Source: Macrostomum lignano (Eukaryota). From it: DNA of 64,000 bases. The first letter of the stretch is position 1. Each line of letters opens with the position of its first letter. This document shows, one piece after another, positions 12,044-23,345 of the stretch. The stretch lies in NCBI GenBank assembly GCA_002269645.1, contig NIVC01001380.1:186001-250000 (forward strand), in the 5' to 3' direction. The notes beneath the pieces are model-generated. The model saw only the letters and a program-made list of their open reading frames with translations. It was not told the origin of the DNA and searched no databases. Both the position numbers and the translations under genes were made by a program.

Positions 12044-12380
12044 CTCAGTAACCGCAAAGTCTTCATCTATGGTGGCGGGCTGCAGCGGCCTTCGACGCCT
12101 CCTTCGACTGCCGGCTCGATGGCTGACAGCTCCAGCGATGGCGGGCAGGATCGCAGACTCGCTGCCAGCAACAGGCGCCAGTTGCTGCAGCCCGTGAACT
12201 GGGCAGGTTGGATCTGGAGGTGACAGACTGCTGATCCCGGCTGCCACGGGAGGCGGGGTGCCGCTGCTGGACGCGGTCGAACCCGCGGAGCCGCCAAGCG
12301 TTGGTTGCACCTGGAATCTCACCACACTGGCCGGCACTGCCGCCATCGCCGCGTAGCCGGAGTCGCAACTTTTTAAACTG
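12044..12380 (-). CDS. Kirrel/Neph-like gene, cytoplasmic-tail exon
   Basis: NAGNAG acceptor (12380 or 12377), phase 2 matching the donor at 14613. Reads SLKSCDSGYAAMAAV..PTCPVHG..EDFAVTE; donor GAG|GTTTAG. Confidence 0.65.
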
Positions 12381-12559
12381 CTTGAAATTAGTAAAACAAA
12401 GCAATTATGTTTTATTGATTTCTTATATTTCTTGTGAACCCAGATTTCGATTAGTAATGTTAAGTTTTTACATTTGATACTGTTAGACATGAGATTTGAT
12501 CTCGATCATCAGAGAGATTTAATACCTTATCAGATGAAGTTTCAAATCTGGGTTGTGAG

Positions 12560-12905
12560 AGTTGACCTGCGAGGTGTGAGATTTGACCTGTGAGGTGTGA
12601 GATTTGACCTGTAAGGGGTGAAATTTGAAATGCGAGGTGTGCGATTTGACGTGCAGGTGTGAGATTTGATCTGTGAGGTGTGAGATTTGACCTTTGAGGT
12701 GTGAGATTTGAACTGTGAGGGGTGAAATTTGAATTGCGAGGTGTGAGATTTGACTTGTAGGGTTTGAGATTTGACCTGTGAGGTGTGAGATTTGACCTTT
12801 GAGGTGTGAGATTTGATCTCCGAGGTGTGAGATTTGACCTGCGAGGTGTGAGATTTGACCTGCGAGGTGTGAGATTTGATATGTGAGGTGAGATGTGAGA
12901 TTTGA
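12560..12905. repeat. 21-bp minisatellite (GTGAGATTTGACCTGTGAGGT)
   Basis: Tandem units; the SQVKSHT ORF is an artefact. Confidence 0.9.
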
Positions 12906-13375
12906 TGTATGTGATTTGGAATTCGATCCTTAGACTTAGATTTGATTTTCAAGACACAAGCTGGAGTTTTGTATTTTTTGTATTAGTTTTTTAGTTTTTT
13001 GTATTTAGTTTTTGTATTTTTGTAGTTTTTTGGAGTCACTGGCTGCTGCTTCAGCCAGTGATGAATGGTATTCTGCTCTTTTAAAAAAATTGAGACTGCA
13101 AAATTTGCTCGTAAACCAACGTATGCTCTCGTTGGGAATTTACAGAAGTCAAATATAGCAGCTGAAGCAAAGAGCTTTTCCAGGAAATGTACGAACTCTT
13201 AATTTCCCGAATGCTCTTTTTGAATAAAAATGACTTTTCTTCTGCACAGTTGAATCTGCATGGAGAGCAGCTTCAGCTTCGGGACTTTGATGTTGGACTC
13301 CTCATCCCAAGCTTGAGAGGCTCCTTTAATCCCATTTTAGCTAAATCAAAAAGATAGACACTTAACTAACTACAT

Positions 13376-14594
<1,219 letters not shown>

Positions 14595-14612
14595 ATTTAA
14601 TTAACCACTCAC

Positions 14613-15050
14613 TCATCTCTCCCAGTCTCCTCAGCAGTGGGCTGCATCAGCGGTGATGGCGGAGGCGGCGGTGTGGAAGGCGGCGGCAAGGTGAGGCTGC
14701 CGCTGCTACCCCGTCGCCCCTGGGTGCCAAGAAAAGTCTGCAGCAGGGCGCCAGATTTCCTTGGCTGACAGCCGCCATTCAGAAGCAGCCGCCGTTGCAG
14801 ACTCTCGTCATCAAACTGGCCTCCATCGTCCAGCCTCACCAGTTTGAGTTTATTCTCAGACTCGTCGCAGCTGCAGCCGCTGCCGCTGGATTCCGACCGG
14901 CTGTCGCGGCGTCTCTCGCCCGGCTTCAATCGATTCCTTTGATGTTGCCGCCGCTCGTCCGGCTGGTTGGCCCGGGAGCTCAGATCTTGCTGGCGTCGTC
15001 GCCGGTTTAGCAGAAGCAGAAGACCGAGGAACAGCAGCAGCAGCAGCAAC
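14613..15050 (-). CDS. Kirrel/Neph-like gene, 3' half of TM/juxtamembrane exon (split by LINE)
   Basis: LLLLLLFLGLLLLLNRRRRQQD.. (end of TM plus basic stop-transfer); donor GA|GTGAGT at 14613/14612. Confidence 0.85.
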
Positions 15051-18000
15051 CGATCAGCCCCATAGGGTTGGTGCACCTTCTGGTGCGGTCAAAGGAGCTG
15101 CCTCATCGCGGCGACCCGGTTTTAACACCAAAGCTCCTAAGTCGTGGTCTTCAACCCATCTGCCCTCGCGTGCCTTCGGCACGGCTGGCAGGGAGACCGG
15201 TTGTTTTGCTGCTGTCTATCTGTCCCGCCTCGTCCTCTTTGCGCTCGCCCTCACTACGCTCGCCGGGGACATCGAAACTAATCCCGGCCCAGCCTGCAAC
15301 TCATGCAACGGCCCAATCCGCACGGGCATGCACAGCCTGCCATGTGAGGTCCCAGAATGTTCCGAGCGCTGTCACTGTCAGAAGAAATGCAGCGGTATGC
15401 ACCGCGCCGAGATTGTCCGATCTCCGTGGCGCTGCTCTGTGCACCGCCCCCTTGAATTGGACTCGGCATCCGCTGCGCACCTGCGTGACCTCCCGGCACC
15501 CGAGCCCCGCATGTCTCAGCCAACGCGCTGTCACAGCTGCTCAGGGCCCATCCGCACTGGCACTACTCCGCTCACTTGCGCTGCCAAAGGTTGCGCTCTG
15601 GCCTGCCACCGCTCCAGCAACTGCAGCCACATCTCGCGGTATCGTGGCGCCCCCAGCTGGCTCTGCCCTCTGCATCGGCAGCAGGCGGTCCAACTTCCAG
15701 GCGCACACTCCATCTTCCGCCGCCCTGCTCTTACCCGCAGACAAGCTGATCCCACTACCGACAGAGATCTGAACGATCCAAGCGACGCCCAGCGCCGCTA
15801 TTGTGCTAAATGCTCGACCGCCATTCGCCGCGGCGTCGCGTTTGTCAAGTGCAACTCCTGCAGCGCCGCTTACCACAAGTGCTGCACCGGCCTTAATCGC
15901 AACGCCGCGGATGCCGCGGCTCGCAGCCCTTGGGACTGCCCAGTTTGCACAGCGCGCACCCAAGGAGCTCCCGCCCCTTCGGCAGCTACGTCGCGCGTCC
16001 CCCTGCAGGACAAGGTCGCCCGCGACACTAAATTTGCCGACAGCCTCCGTCTTCTCCAGTGGAACGCCGACGGAATCGCCTCCAAACTGCCCGAGCTGGC
16101 CGAACGCCTCTCCGACAGCGATATCGACATTGCAGCTGTCCAAGAAACGAAGCTCTCCAACCGCACGCAGCTGCCAAAGATCAACGGGTACATCGCCGTG
16201 CGCAAAGACCGCGGCGACGGCAGCGGTGGAGGTCTGCTGCTTCTCATCAGAGACAAGCTGGCCTTCCGCTCGTCCCCGCAACCCACGGCCACAGCGGACA
16301 TGGAAATCCAGACGGTCGACATCCAGATATCTACCGCTAACTGGATTACCATCACCAACGTCTATGCTCCACCTGTCCGCACCTGCGTCGAGGATCGACA
16401 GCTTCCGGACTGGAATCACCTGGGCACTCCGTCTCAGGGCATCATCCTAGGAGACTTCAACAGCCACTCTCCGGCCTGGGACCCTATACAGCCCCAGGAC
16501 GAACGAGGCTCCACGCTCCTGGACTGGTCCATCGACACGCAACTGGAAATCCTTAACGACGGCTCGCCCACCAGAGTCAATAAAGCCACAGGTGGCGAAA
16601 GCTCACCGGATGTGTCCTTCGCCTCCTCAAAGCTGGCTAGCAAATGCACCTGGCAAGTCTCCGATGACCTCGGCAGTGATCACACGCCGATTGTGATCCG
16701 CCTTGACCTCAAGGTTAGGACCTTGCCTAAGGCCCAAAGCCGTCTCATATGGCGCAAACAAGGGGTCGACTGGAATGCTTTCCAAACGGTCGTCGAGGAC
16801 AAATTTAAAGCCCTTCACAAAGAGCATCTTACCTTTGACGCCAGAGCCAAACGCTTTAATGATATAGTCATGCAAGCGGCAAACCTTTGCATCGGCAAAG
16901 TCCGTACCTCGCACAGACCGCGTCCCTGGCTCACCCCTGAACTCAAAGCGGCGATTAAGCTCCGTAACCGCCTCAGGCGCTCCGTTGGCGAGAATAGAGA
17001 AGATTGGCTCAGCGCCTGCGCCAACGTTCACAAAATTGCCAGGGCAACGAAAGAGGCTGCTTGGCGTGACACGATAACCGATCTTGAGAAAGAGCCCAAC
17101 TCGAACAAGGCGTGGAAGTTCATCCGCAGCCTTAACGGCACTCCGGACTCCAACTGCCCTAATGAGGCCCTCCAGGTCGGCAACAAAGTGTTAACAGACC
17201 CTAGAGACAAAGCCAACGCCTTTGCCAAGCAGTACGCCTCTGTCAGCAGGTACCACATTTCCCATTCGGATCGCGCTACTATCCGAGAAGCCAAAGCCAT
17301 CCTTCGGCTTCCCCTTCCGCTCCCAGGTTCGACCCACGACGGTTACGCCGCCATCACCGAGCAGGAACTGGACTCCGCCATCCAACACCAGCGTGCTAAC
17401 GGCGCTGCTGGCGCCGACGAGGTCACGCCTCGGTTCATTAAGGCCCTTGGCCCGCTCGCCCGCGCAGAGCTGCTTAGTCTCTTCAACTGGTCCTTCCAGC
17501 ACGCGGCCGTCGCTCAATCCTGGCGCACCGCGATTATTATTCCCCTGCTCAAGGCTGGAAAGTCAGCTCGGGACATCGCGGCCTTTCGCCCCATCAGCCT
17601 CACATCCTGTATTGTCAAGCTGCTCGAGCGCATCCTGGTCACTAGATTGCACCACCTGGCTGAGCGCCACGGCTGGATCTCCCCGAACCAGGCGGGGTTT
17701 CGGGCCAACTACTCCTGCGAGGATCAGCTCCTGAGAGTCACCCAAGACATCAGCGACGGGATGAACCTCAAACCATCTGAACGCACGATCATTGCTCTGC
17801 TTGATTTTTGTAAAGCCTTTGACAAAGTGTGGCGTGAGCGCCTCATCACCGTTATGGCACGCAAACGCGTCCCTCTTGTCTTTATCAAATGGACTGCGGC
17901 CTTTTTGCGCCATCGCATTGCCCGCGTGCAACTCCACGGTGCTCGCAGCTCACCGGTTATCATGCGCCAGGGCCTCCCGCAAGGATCGGTCATCGCTCCG

Positions 18001-19756
18001 TTTCTCTTCCTTATTTTCATTGACACGGTCAATGACGTGGTCAACCCGCCGGCAGAGATCTCCATGTATGCCGACGACATCGCCCTCCGCGCCCGCCACC
18101 GCAACAAGCTCGAGGCTCAACGCGCTGTGCAAAGAGCACTCGACAACGTGGCCCGCTGGAGCAATGAGCACAAAATGGTCCTAAACCCAGACAAAAGCGA
18201 GGCCGCCTTTTTCTCCACGGACACCAGCGAAGCCGCCTGGTCCCCGGCTATCTCTATCGAAGGCCGGAACCTGCGGCACAATCCAACGCCTCGGCTGCTG
18301 GGCCTCACACTGGACCGCACTCTGAGTTTCCGCAGTCATCTGGAGCACGTGTGCAATCGGACCACTTCCCGATGCCGTCTCCTCGCTTGCCTGGCCTCCA
18401 AGGAATGGGGATGGTCCAAAAAACTCCTGCTCCGCATTTACCGTGCCATGCAACTTAGCATCATTAACTTCGCTGCGCCGGCCTGGCACCCTTGGCTCTC
18501 TGAATCCGCGTTTCAACAGCTGGAGAGAGCGCAGAACGCAGCCCTTCGTATTGTCACAGGACAACACCGCACGACTCCGGTTGAGGCCCTTAGGCTGGAA
18601 GCTGGCATCTGCTCCGTCCGCACTGGTAGCAATGTTATATGCCTGACGGCCTTCGAAAGAGCTCAGCGCCTCCCGGATTCTCACCCGTGCCGCATTGCCG
18701 CCACTGGAAACACAGCACACAGGCTACGCAGGAACAGTTGGCGGAACCACGTCACCGACCTGCTGCCACTCATTGCTAGCTCGGTCACGCCGCGCGCCAT
18801 GATCTGCACTGCTCGTCCGCCGCCTTGGGACCCTTTCTCTACCGACGTGCGTGTCGACATGGCGTTGCCGGAACCCGGTCCCGCGCGCACAGCCACGGCC
18901 ATCGACACTATCCGCCACCTCCCAGGCCTGATCACCATCTACTGCGACGGCTCGGCATCAGGCGGCACGACCAATGGCGGCGCCTCAGCCATCGTCACGA
19001 CCGGTGACCCAGCCCACCCTATCATCCTGGCGACTCTTCAACAGCGCGGCGCGCCCTCCACATCCTCGTTCGAAGAGGAGCTTCGCGCCGCCTCTCTCGC
19101 CATCGGCTGGATCAACCAAGCTGCTCTCACCGCGGCTACCAACATCTGCTCAGACAGCCAATCTATGCTCCGCGCTCTGGCCAGCGGCAACCCCAGAATC
19201 AGATCTGCACTACCTACTGCATCTGCCGAAATCACCTGGCAGTGGGTTCCGGGCCACCAGAATATTCCTGGCAACGAGCTGGCCGACCAAGCAGCCAAAG
19301 AGGCCACCACGCTCGTGTCTCCCGCTAGTCAGATCAGCATCCACAGCGCCAAAAACGTCATCAGAAGATCCGTCCTCGATCCCCCGATCCGCCACGAGCG
19401 CACCCGGCACGCGTACCGGCTTCTCAACCGTCAATTGGAAGAGGACTCCATCACCAACCGTGCCGATGCGGTGCTTCTTGCGCGCTTACGCTCAGGTCAC
19501 TGCACTCTTTTCAACGCGTATCGCAGCATTGTCGACCCGGCCGTCGACCCAGCATGTCACCGCTGCGGCCATCCCTGCGATGACCTGGAACACTGGCTTG
19601 ACTGCCCAGCTCTCGCCGGCACCAGGCTCCGCCTTCTTGGAGGACCCACGACAGACATCAGCAGCATTTCCGCCGACCCCCTCGGGTTGATAGCGCTGGC
19701 CAGACACTGCCCTTAGCTCTGCCTGGGCGCGTACCACCAAAACAACAACAACAACA
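15051..19756 (+). mobile_element. Intact non-LTR retrotransposon, Ingi/I-group-like (2A - PHD x3 - APE - RT - RNase H - zinc knuckle)
   Basis: 12-bp TSD AGCAGCAGCAAC (15039-15050 and 19757-19768); (AAC)n tail at 19738-19756; one uninterrupted ORF. Confidence 0.95.
15052..19716 (+). CDS. LINE polyprotein: 2A-like peptide, PHD fingers, AP endonuclease, reverse transcriptase, RNase H
   Basis: Frame is open from 15052 (first in-frame ATG 15328). Motifs: GDIETNPGP; APE LQWNADG..VQETK..GDFNSH..SDHTPI; RT QAGFR..LDFCKAFD..GLPQGSVIAP..YADD; RNase H YCDGS..EEEL..SDSQS..WVPGHQNIPGNELAD; C-terminal CHRC..H..C. Confidence 0.95.
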   Translation, partial: DQPHRVGAPSGAVKGAASSRRPGFNTKAPKSWSSTHLPSRAFGTAGRETGCFAAVYLSRLVLFALALTTLAGDIETNPGPACNSCNGPIRTGMHSLPCEVPECSERCHCQKKCSGMHRAEIVRSPWRCSVHRPLELDSASAAHLRDLPAPEPRMSQPTRCHSCSGPIRTGTTPLTCAAKGCALACHRSSNCSHISRYRGAPSWLCPLHRQQAVQLPGAHSIFRRPALTRRQADPTTDRDLNDPSDAQRRYCAKCSTAIRRGVAFVKCNSCSAAYHKCCTGLNRNAADAAARSPWDCPVCTARTQGAPAPSAATSRVPLQDKVARDTKFADSLRLLQWNADGIASKLPELAERLSDSDIDIAAVQETKLSNRTQLPKINGYIAVRKDRGDGSGGGLLLLIRDKLAFRSSPQPTATADMEIQTVDIQISTANWITITNVYAPPVRTCVEDRQLPDWNHLGTPSQGIILGDFNSHSPAWDPIQPQDERGSTLLDWSIDTQLEILNDGSPTRVNKATGGESSPDVSFASSKLASKCTWQVSDDLGSDHTPIVIRLDLKVRTLPKAQSRLIWRKQGVDWNAFQTVVEDKFKALHKEHLTFDARAKRFNDIVMQAANLCIGKVRTSHRPRPWLTPELKAAIKLRNRLRRSVGENREDWLSACANVHKIARATKEAAWRDTITDLEKEPNSNKAWKFIRSLNGTPDSNCPNEALQVGNKVLTDPRDKANAFAKQYASVSRYHISHSDRATIREAKAILRLPLPLPGSTHDGYAAITEQELDSAIQHQRANGAAGADEVTPRFIKALGPLARAELLSLFNWSFQHAAVAQSWRTAIIIPLLKAGKSARDIAAFRPISLTSCIVKLLERILVTRLHHLAERHGWISPNQAGFRANYSCEDQLLRVTQDISDGMNLKPSERTIIALLDFCKAFDKVWRERLITVMARKRVPLVFIKWTAAFLRHRIARVQLHGARSSPVIMRQGLPQGSVIAPFLFLIFIDTVNDVVNPPAEISMYADDIALRARHRNKLEAQRAVQRALDNVARWSNEHKMVLNPDKSEAAFFSTDTSEAAWSPAISIEGRNLRHNPTPRLLGLTLDRTLSFRSHLEHVCNRTTSRCRLLACLASKEWGWSKKLLLRIYRAMQLSIINFAAPAWHPWLSESAFQQLERAQNAALRIVTGQHRTTPVEALRLEAGICSVRTGSNVICLTAFERAQRLPDSHPCRIAATGNTAHRLRRNSWRNHVTDLLPLIASSVTPRAMICTARPPPWDPFSTDVRVDMALPEPGPARTATAIDTIRHLPGLITIYCDGSASGGTTNGGASAIVTTGDPAHPIILATLQQRGAPSTSSFEEELRAASLAIGWINQAALTAATNICSDSQSMLRALASGNPRIRSALPTASAEITWQWVPGHQNIPGNELADQAAKEATTLVSPASQISIHSAKNVIRRSVLDPPIRHERTRHAYRLLNRQLEEDSITNRADAVLLARLRSGHCTLFNAYRSIVDPAVDPACHRCGHPCDDLEHWLDCPALAGTRLRLLGGPTTDISSISADPLGLIALARHCP

Positions 19757-19826
19757 AGCAGCAGCAACAGCAGAGCCGCCCCGGCTGCGGCCCCGGCGGC
19801 GGCTACGGCTACCGACGGCAGATCGG
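19757..19826 (-). CDS. Kirrel/Neph-like gene, 5' half of TM exon (split by LINE)
   Basis: Acceptor GTCTCCCTTCTTCAG|, phase 1 matching the donor at 20442. Reads PDLPSVAVAAAGAAAGAALLLLL. An alternative same-phase acceptor lies ~30 nt upstream. Confidence 0.8.
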
Positions 19827-19882
19827 CTGAAGAAGGGAGACGTTCGTTGCGTTCAACTGTTGATGATTTATTGCCGTGCGAG

Positions 19883-20321
19883 GGTGTACATGCCTGACCT
19901 GAGGTGTACATGCCTGACCTGAGGTTTACATGCCTGACCTGAGGTTTACATGCCTGACCTGAGGTGTACATGCCTGACCTGAGGTGTACATGCCTGACCT
20001 GAGGTGTACATGCCTGACCTGAGGTGTACATGCCTGACCTGAGGTGTACATGCCTGACCTGAGGTGTACATGCCTGACCTGAGGTGTACATGCCTGACCT
20101 GAGGTGTACATGCCTGACCTGAGGTGTACATGCCTGACCTGAGGTGTACATGCCTGACCTGAGGTGTACATGCCTGACCTGAGGTGTACATGCCTGACCT
20201 GAGGTGTACATGCCTGACCTGAGGTGTACATGCCTGACCTGAGGTGTACATGCCTGACCTGAGGTGTACATGCCTGACCTGAGGTGTACATGCCTGACCT
20301 GAGGTGTACATGCCTGACCTG
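19883..20321. repeat. 20-bp minisatellite (GTGTACATGCCTGACCTGAG, ~22 copies)
   Basis: Near-perfect tandem units inside a Kirrel-like intron. Confidence 0.97.
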
Positions 20322-20441
20322 ATTAGAAAGTATAATAACTACTAAGTAAGTTATTATGTTATGATTTTCTTCGGGAATTGCAACAAAATAAGTTCCGCGA
20401 AATTAAAAGTGCAAAAAAATGACTTGTATTTTTGTACTCAC

Positions 20442-20593
20442 GCTCAACGTTGAGGCTGATTGTGGCCGAATCGCTGCCCAGAGGGTTCACAGCAGTGCAG
20501 GTGTACTTTCCCGAGTCCTTCGGTGTGGGTCGGTCGATTTGCAGGTAGGCAGACACCGTGGTTAAGTCCAGGTCTTCTCGGTAGATTCGGATC
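20442..20593 (-). CDS. Kirrel/Neph-like gene exon, Ig5 C-terminal half
   Basis: CATTTCAG|G acceptor; AYLQIDRPTPKDSGKYTCTAVNPLGSDSATISLNVE (Ig D-x-G-x-Y-x-C motif); donor C|GTGAGT. Confidence 0.9.
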
Positions 20594-20625
20594 CTGAAAT
20601 GGAAAGATTTACTGAACATTTTCGC

Positions 20626-20950
20626 CTTGACCTTGTTTGACCCTAGATACTTGACCTTATTTGACCCCAGATACTTGACCTTGTTTGACCCTAGATACTT
20701 GACCTTATTTGACCCCAGATACTTGACCTTGTTTGACCCTAGATACTTGACCTTGGTTGACCCTAAATATTTGACCTTGTTTGACCCTAGATACTTGACT
20801 TTGTTTAACCCTAGATACTTGACCTCGTGTAACCCTAGATATTTGACCTTGGTTGACCCTAGATACTTGACCTTGTTTAACCCTAGATACTTGACCTCGT
20901 GTAACCCTAGATACTTGACCTTGGTTGACCCTAGATATTTGACCTTGGAA
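20626..20950. repeat. 24-bp minisatellite (TTGACCTTGTTTGACCCTAGATAC)
   Basis: Tandem units. Confidence 0.9.
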
Positions 20951-21033
20951 TCGTGACCCCATCTGACCTTAAAATAGTACCTGATCTGATTCTGGCTTTT
21001 TCACGTGACCTTCAATTAAAGCAACTCTCTCAC

Positions 21034-21663
21034 CTGGCAGTCTCCGTCACTCGACTGCCATCCTGCCGCCTCCATGTCACCCCGGGCTCGATTCCCACCG
21101 TCTCCGGCAAGGGCACCGCTTCGATTCGACACTCCAGACGAGCCGGCGCTGCCGAACCGCCTTCGCCGCCTTCAACTTCGACGCCCCTGATGACAACGCC
21201 GGCAGCTCTGGCGGCTACCCGCGGCACCGCCGACACCCTTGGCGGCCGGGTTCGCGCCACCAGAATTCTCCGACGAGCGGGTGCGAACCCCGGCGCCGCA
21301 GCGGTGCAAGTGTACTCGCCGAAGTCGCTAGGCCGAAGTCCGGTCAGTCGCAGAGTCGGCGAGCGCGAGACCCAGTCCAAACTGCTGCCGCGCCGCCAGA
21401 TGTAGTCAGGTCGCGGGTTCGAGTCCGCTTGGCAGGACGCTTCAACGGAGCCTCCAGGCGGGGCAGGGTAGAGCGGCCCACCCTGACCCGAGACGAACTT
21501 TGGCGGGTAGCGAACTCGGAGGCGGACTGGAGTGGCGTCGCCTCTGGCGAGGCTGTTCACGGCTGAGCAGCCCAGCAACTTGCCGTTGTGCCGGCGGCTC
21601 AGGATGAGGCGGAGACTGGACTGTTGGTGCACGGAGCTGGGGTCCAGGTCTTCCAGGTACCAG
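21034..21663 (-). CDS. Kirrel/Neph-like gene exon, Ig3 end - Ig4 - Ig5 start
   Basis: CCACCAG|C acceptor, phase 2; SWYL..HNGKLLGCSAVNSL..YPPKF..CQADSNPRPDYIW..SDFGEYTC..LECRIEAVP; donor AG|GTGAGA. Confidence 0.92.
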
Positions 21664-21682
21664 CTGGTGGTGGGTGGGGAGT

Positions 21683-21980
21683 GTTGAACTGAGTGTCCGA
21701 GAAGTGCTAAACAGAGTGTCCGAGAAGTGCTGAACTGAGTGTCCGAGAAGTGCTGAACTGAGCGTCCGAGAAGTGTTAAACTGAGTGTCTGAAAATAACT
21801 AAATTGGGTGTCCGAGAAGTGCTGAACTGAGTGGCCGAGATGTGTTGAACTGAGTGTCCGAGAAGTGCTAAACAGAGTGTCTGAAAATAACTAAATTGGG
21901 TGTCCGAGAAGTGCTGAACTGAGTGGCCGAGATGTGTTGAACTGAGTGTCCGAGAAGTGCTGAGCTGAGTGTCCGAGAAT
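21683..21980. repeat. ~23-bp minisatellite (TGCTGAACTGAGTGTCCGAGAAG)
   Basis: Tandem units starting ~20 nt from the acceptor at 21663. Confidence 0.85.
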
Positions 21981-22299
21981 TTCTATACTATGGGGTATAG
22001 TGTGTAAAATGTTGATAAAGTTACTGGTAAAAAAGCATAAAAAAGACTGTCTTTAGTTGAAAATTGAGCCGTCAACCATCATATTCATAAATATTTGCCC
22101 AAAAAATCTACCGCAAAATGTCTTAGTCAGAAATTGCCTTTATTTCTAAGAATTTATAGTAAATCAAAGCCATATCTCGTCAGCAGGCTACCAATGAAGC
22201 GGTAAAAATCGATTACTGAAATAATAGTCTAATTTATGACTACGTAGGCAAACTGCAGATGGATGGATGCAGAGAGTCAGTGTGTGGCTAACTTTAGTC

Positions 22300-23345
22300 T
22301 AACAAACTCTCTGTCTAACAGGTGACACTATCCACTGTCTAACAGGTGACACTATCCTCTGTCTAACAGGTCACACTAATCCTGTCTAACAGGTGACACT
22401 ATCCTCTGTCTAACAGGTGACACTATCCTCTGTCTAACAGGTGACACTATCCTCTGTCTAACAGGTGACACTATCCTCTGTCTAACAGGTGACACTCCTG
22501 TCTAACACGTGACACTATCCTCTGTCTAACAGGTGACACTATCCACTGTCTAACAGGTGACACTGTCCTCTGTCTAACAGGTGACACTATCCTTTCTAAT
22601 AGGTGACACTATCCTGTCTAATAGGTGACACTATCCTGTCTAATAGGTGACACTGTCCTCTGTCTAACAGGTGACACTATCCTTTCTAATAGGTGACACT
22701 ATCCTGTCTAACAGGTGACACTCCTGTCTAACACGTGACACTATCCTCTGTCTAACAGGTGACACTATCCACTGTCTAACAGGTGACACTATCCTCTGTC
22801 TAACAGGTGACACTATCCTGTCTAACAGGTGACACTATCCTCTGTCTAACAGGTGGCACTATGCTGTCTAACAGGTGACACTATCCTGTCTAATAGGTGA
22901 CACTATCCTGTCTAATAGGTGACACTGTCCTCTGTCTAACAGGTGACACTATCCTTTCTAATAGGTGACACTATCCTGTCTAACAGGTGACACTCCTGTC
23001 TAACACGTGACACTATCCTCTGTCTAACAGGTGACACTATCCACTGTCTAACAGGTGACACTATCCTCTGTCTAACAGGTGACACTGTCCTCTGTCTAAC
23101 AGGTGACACTATCCTTTCTAATAGGTGACACTATCCTGTCTAATAGGTGACACTATCCTGTCTAATAGGTGACACTATCCTGTCTAATAGGTGACACTGT
23201 CCTCTGTCTAACAGGTGACACTATCCTTTCTAATAGGTGACACTATCCTGTCTAACAGGTGACACTATCCTCTGTCTAACAGGTGACACTATCCTGTCTA
23301 ACAGGTGACACTATCCTCTGTCTAACAGGTGGCACTATGCTGTCA
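22300..23345 (+). repeat. 22-24-bp minisatellite (CTGTCTAACAGGTGACACTATCCT), inverted copy of 34943-37393
   Basis: Exact reverse complement of the AGGATAGTGTCACCTGTTAGACAG unit. Confidence 0.95.

Noticed and set aside
19883-20321. Regular short repeats as a CRISPR array
   Set aside because: The units are head-to-tail with no unique spacers, there are no cas genes, and the context is eukaryotic and intronic. No array in the window qualifies.
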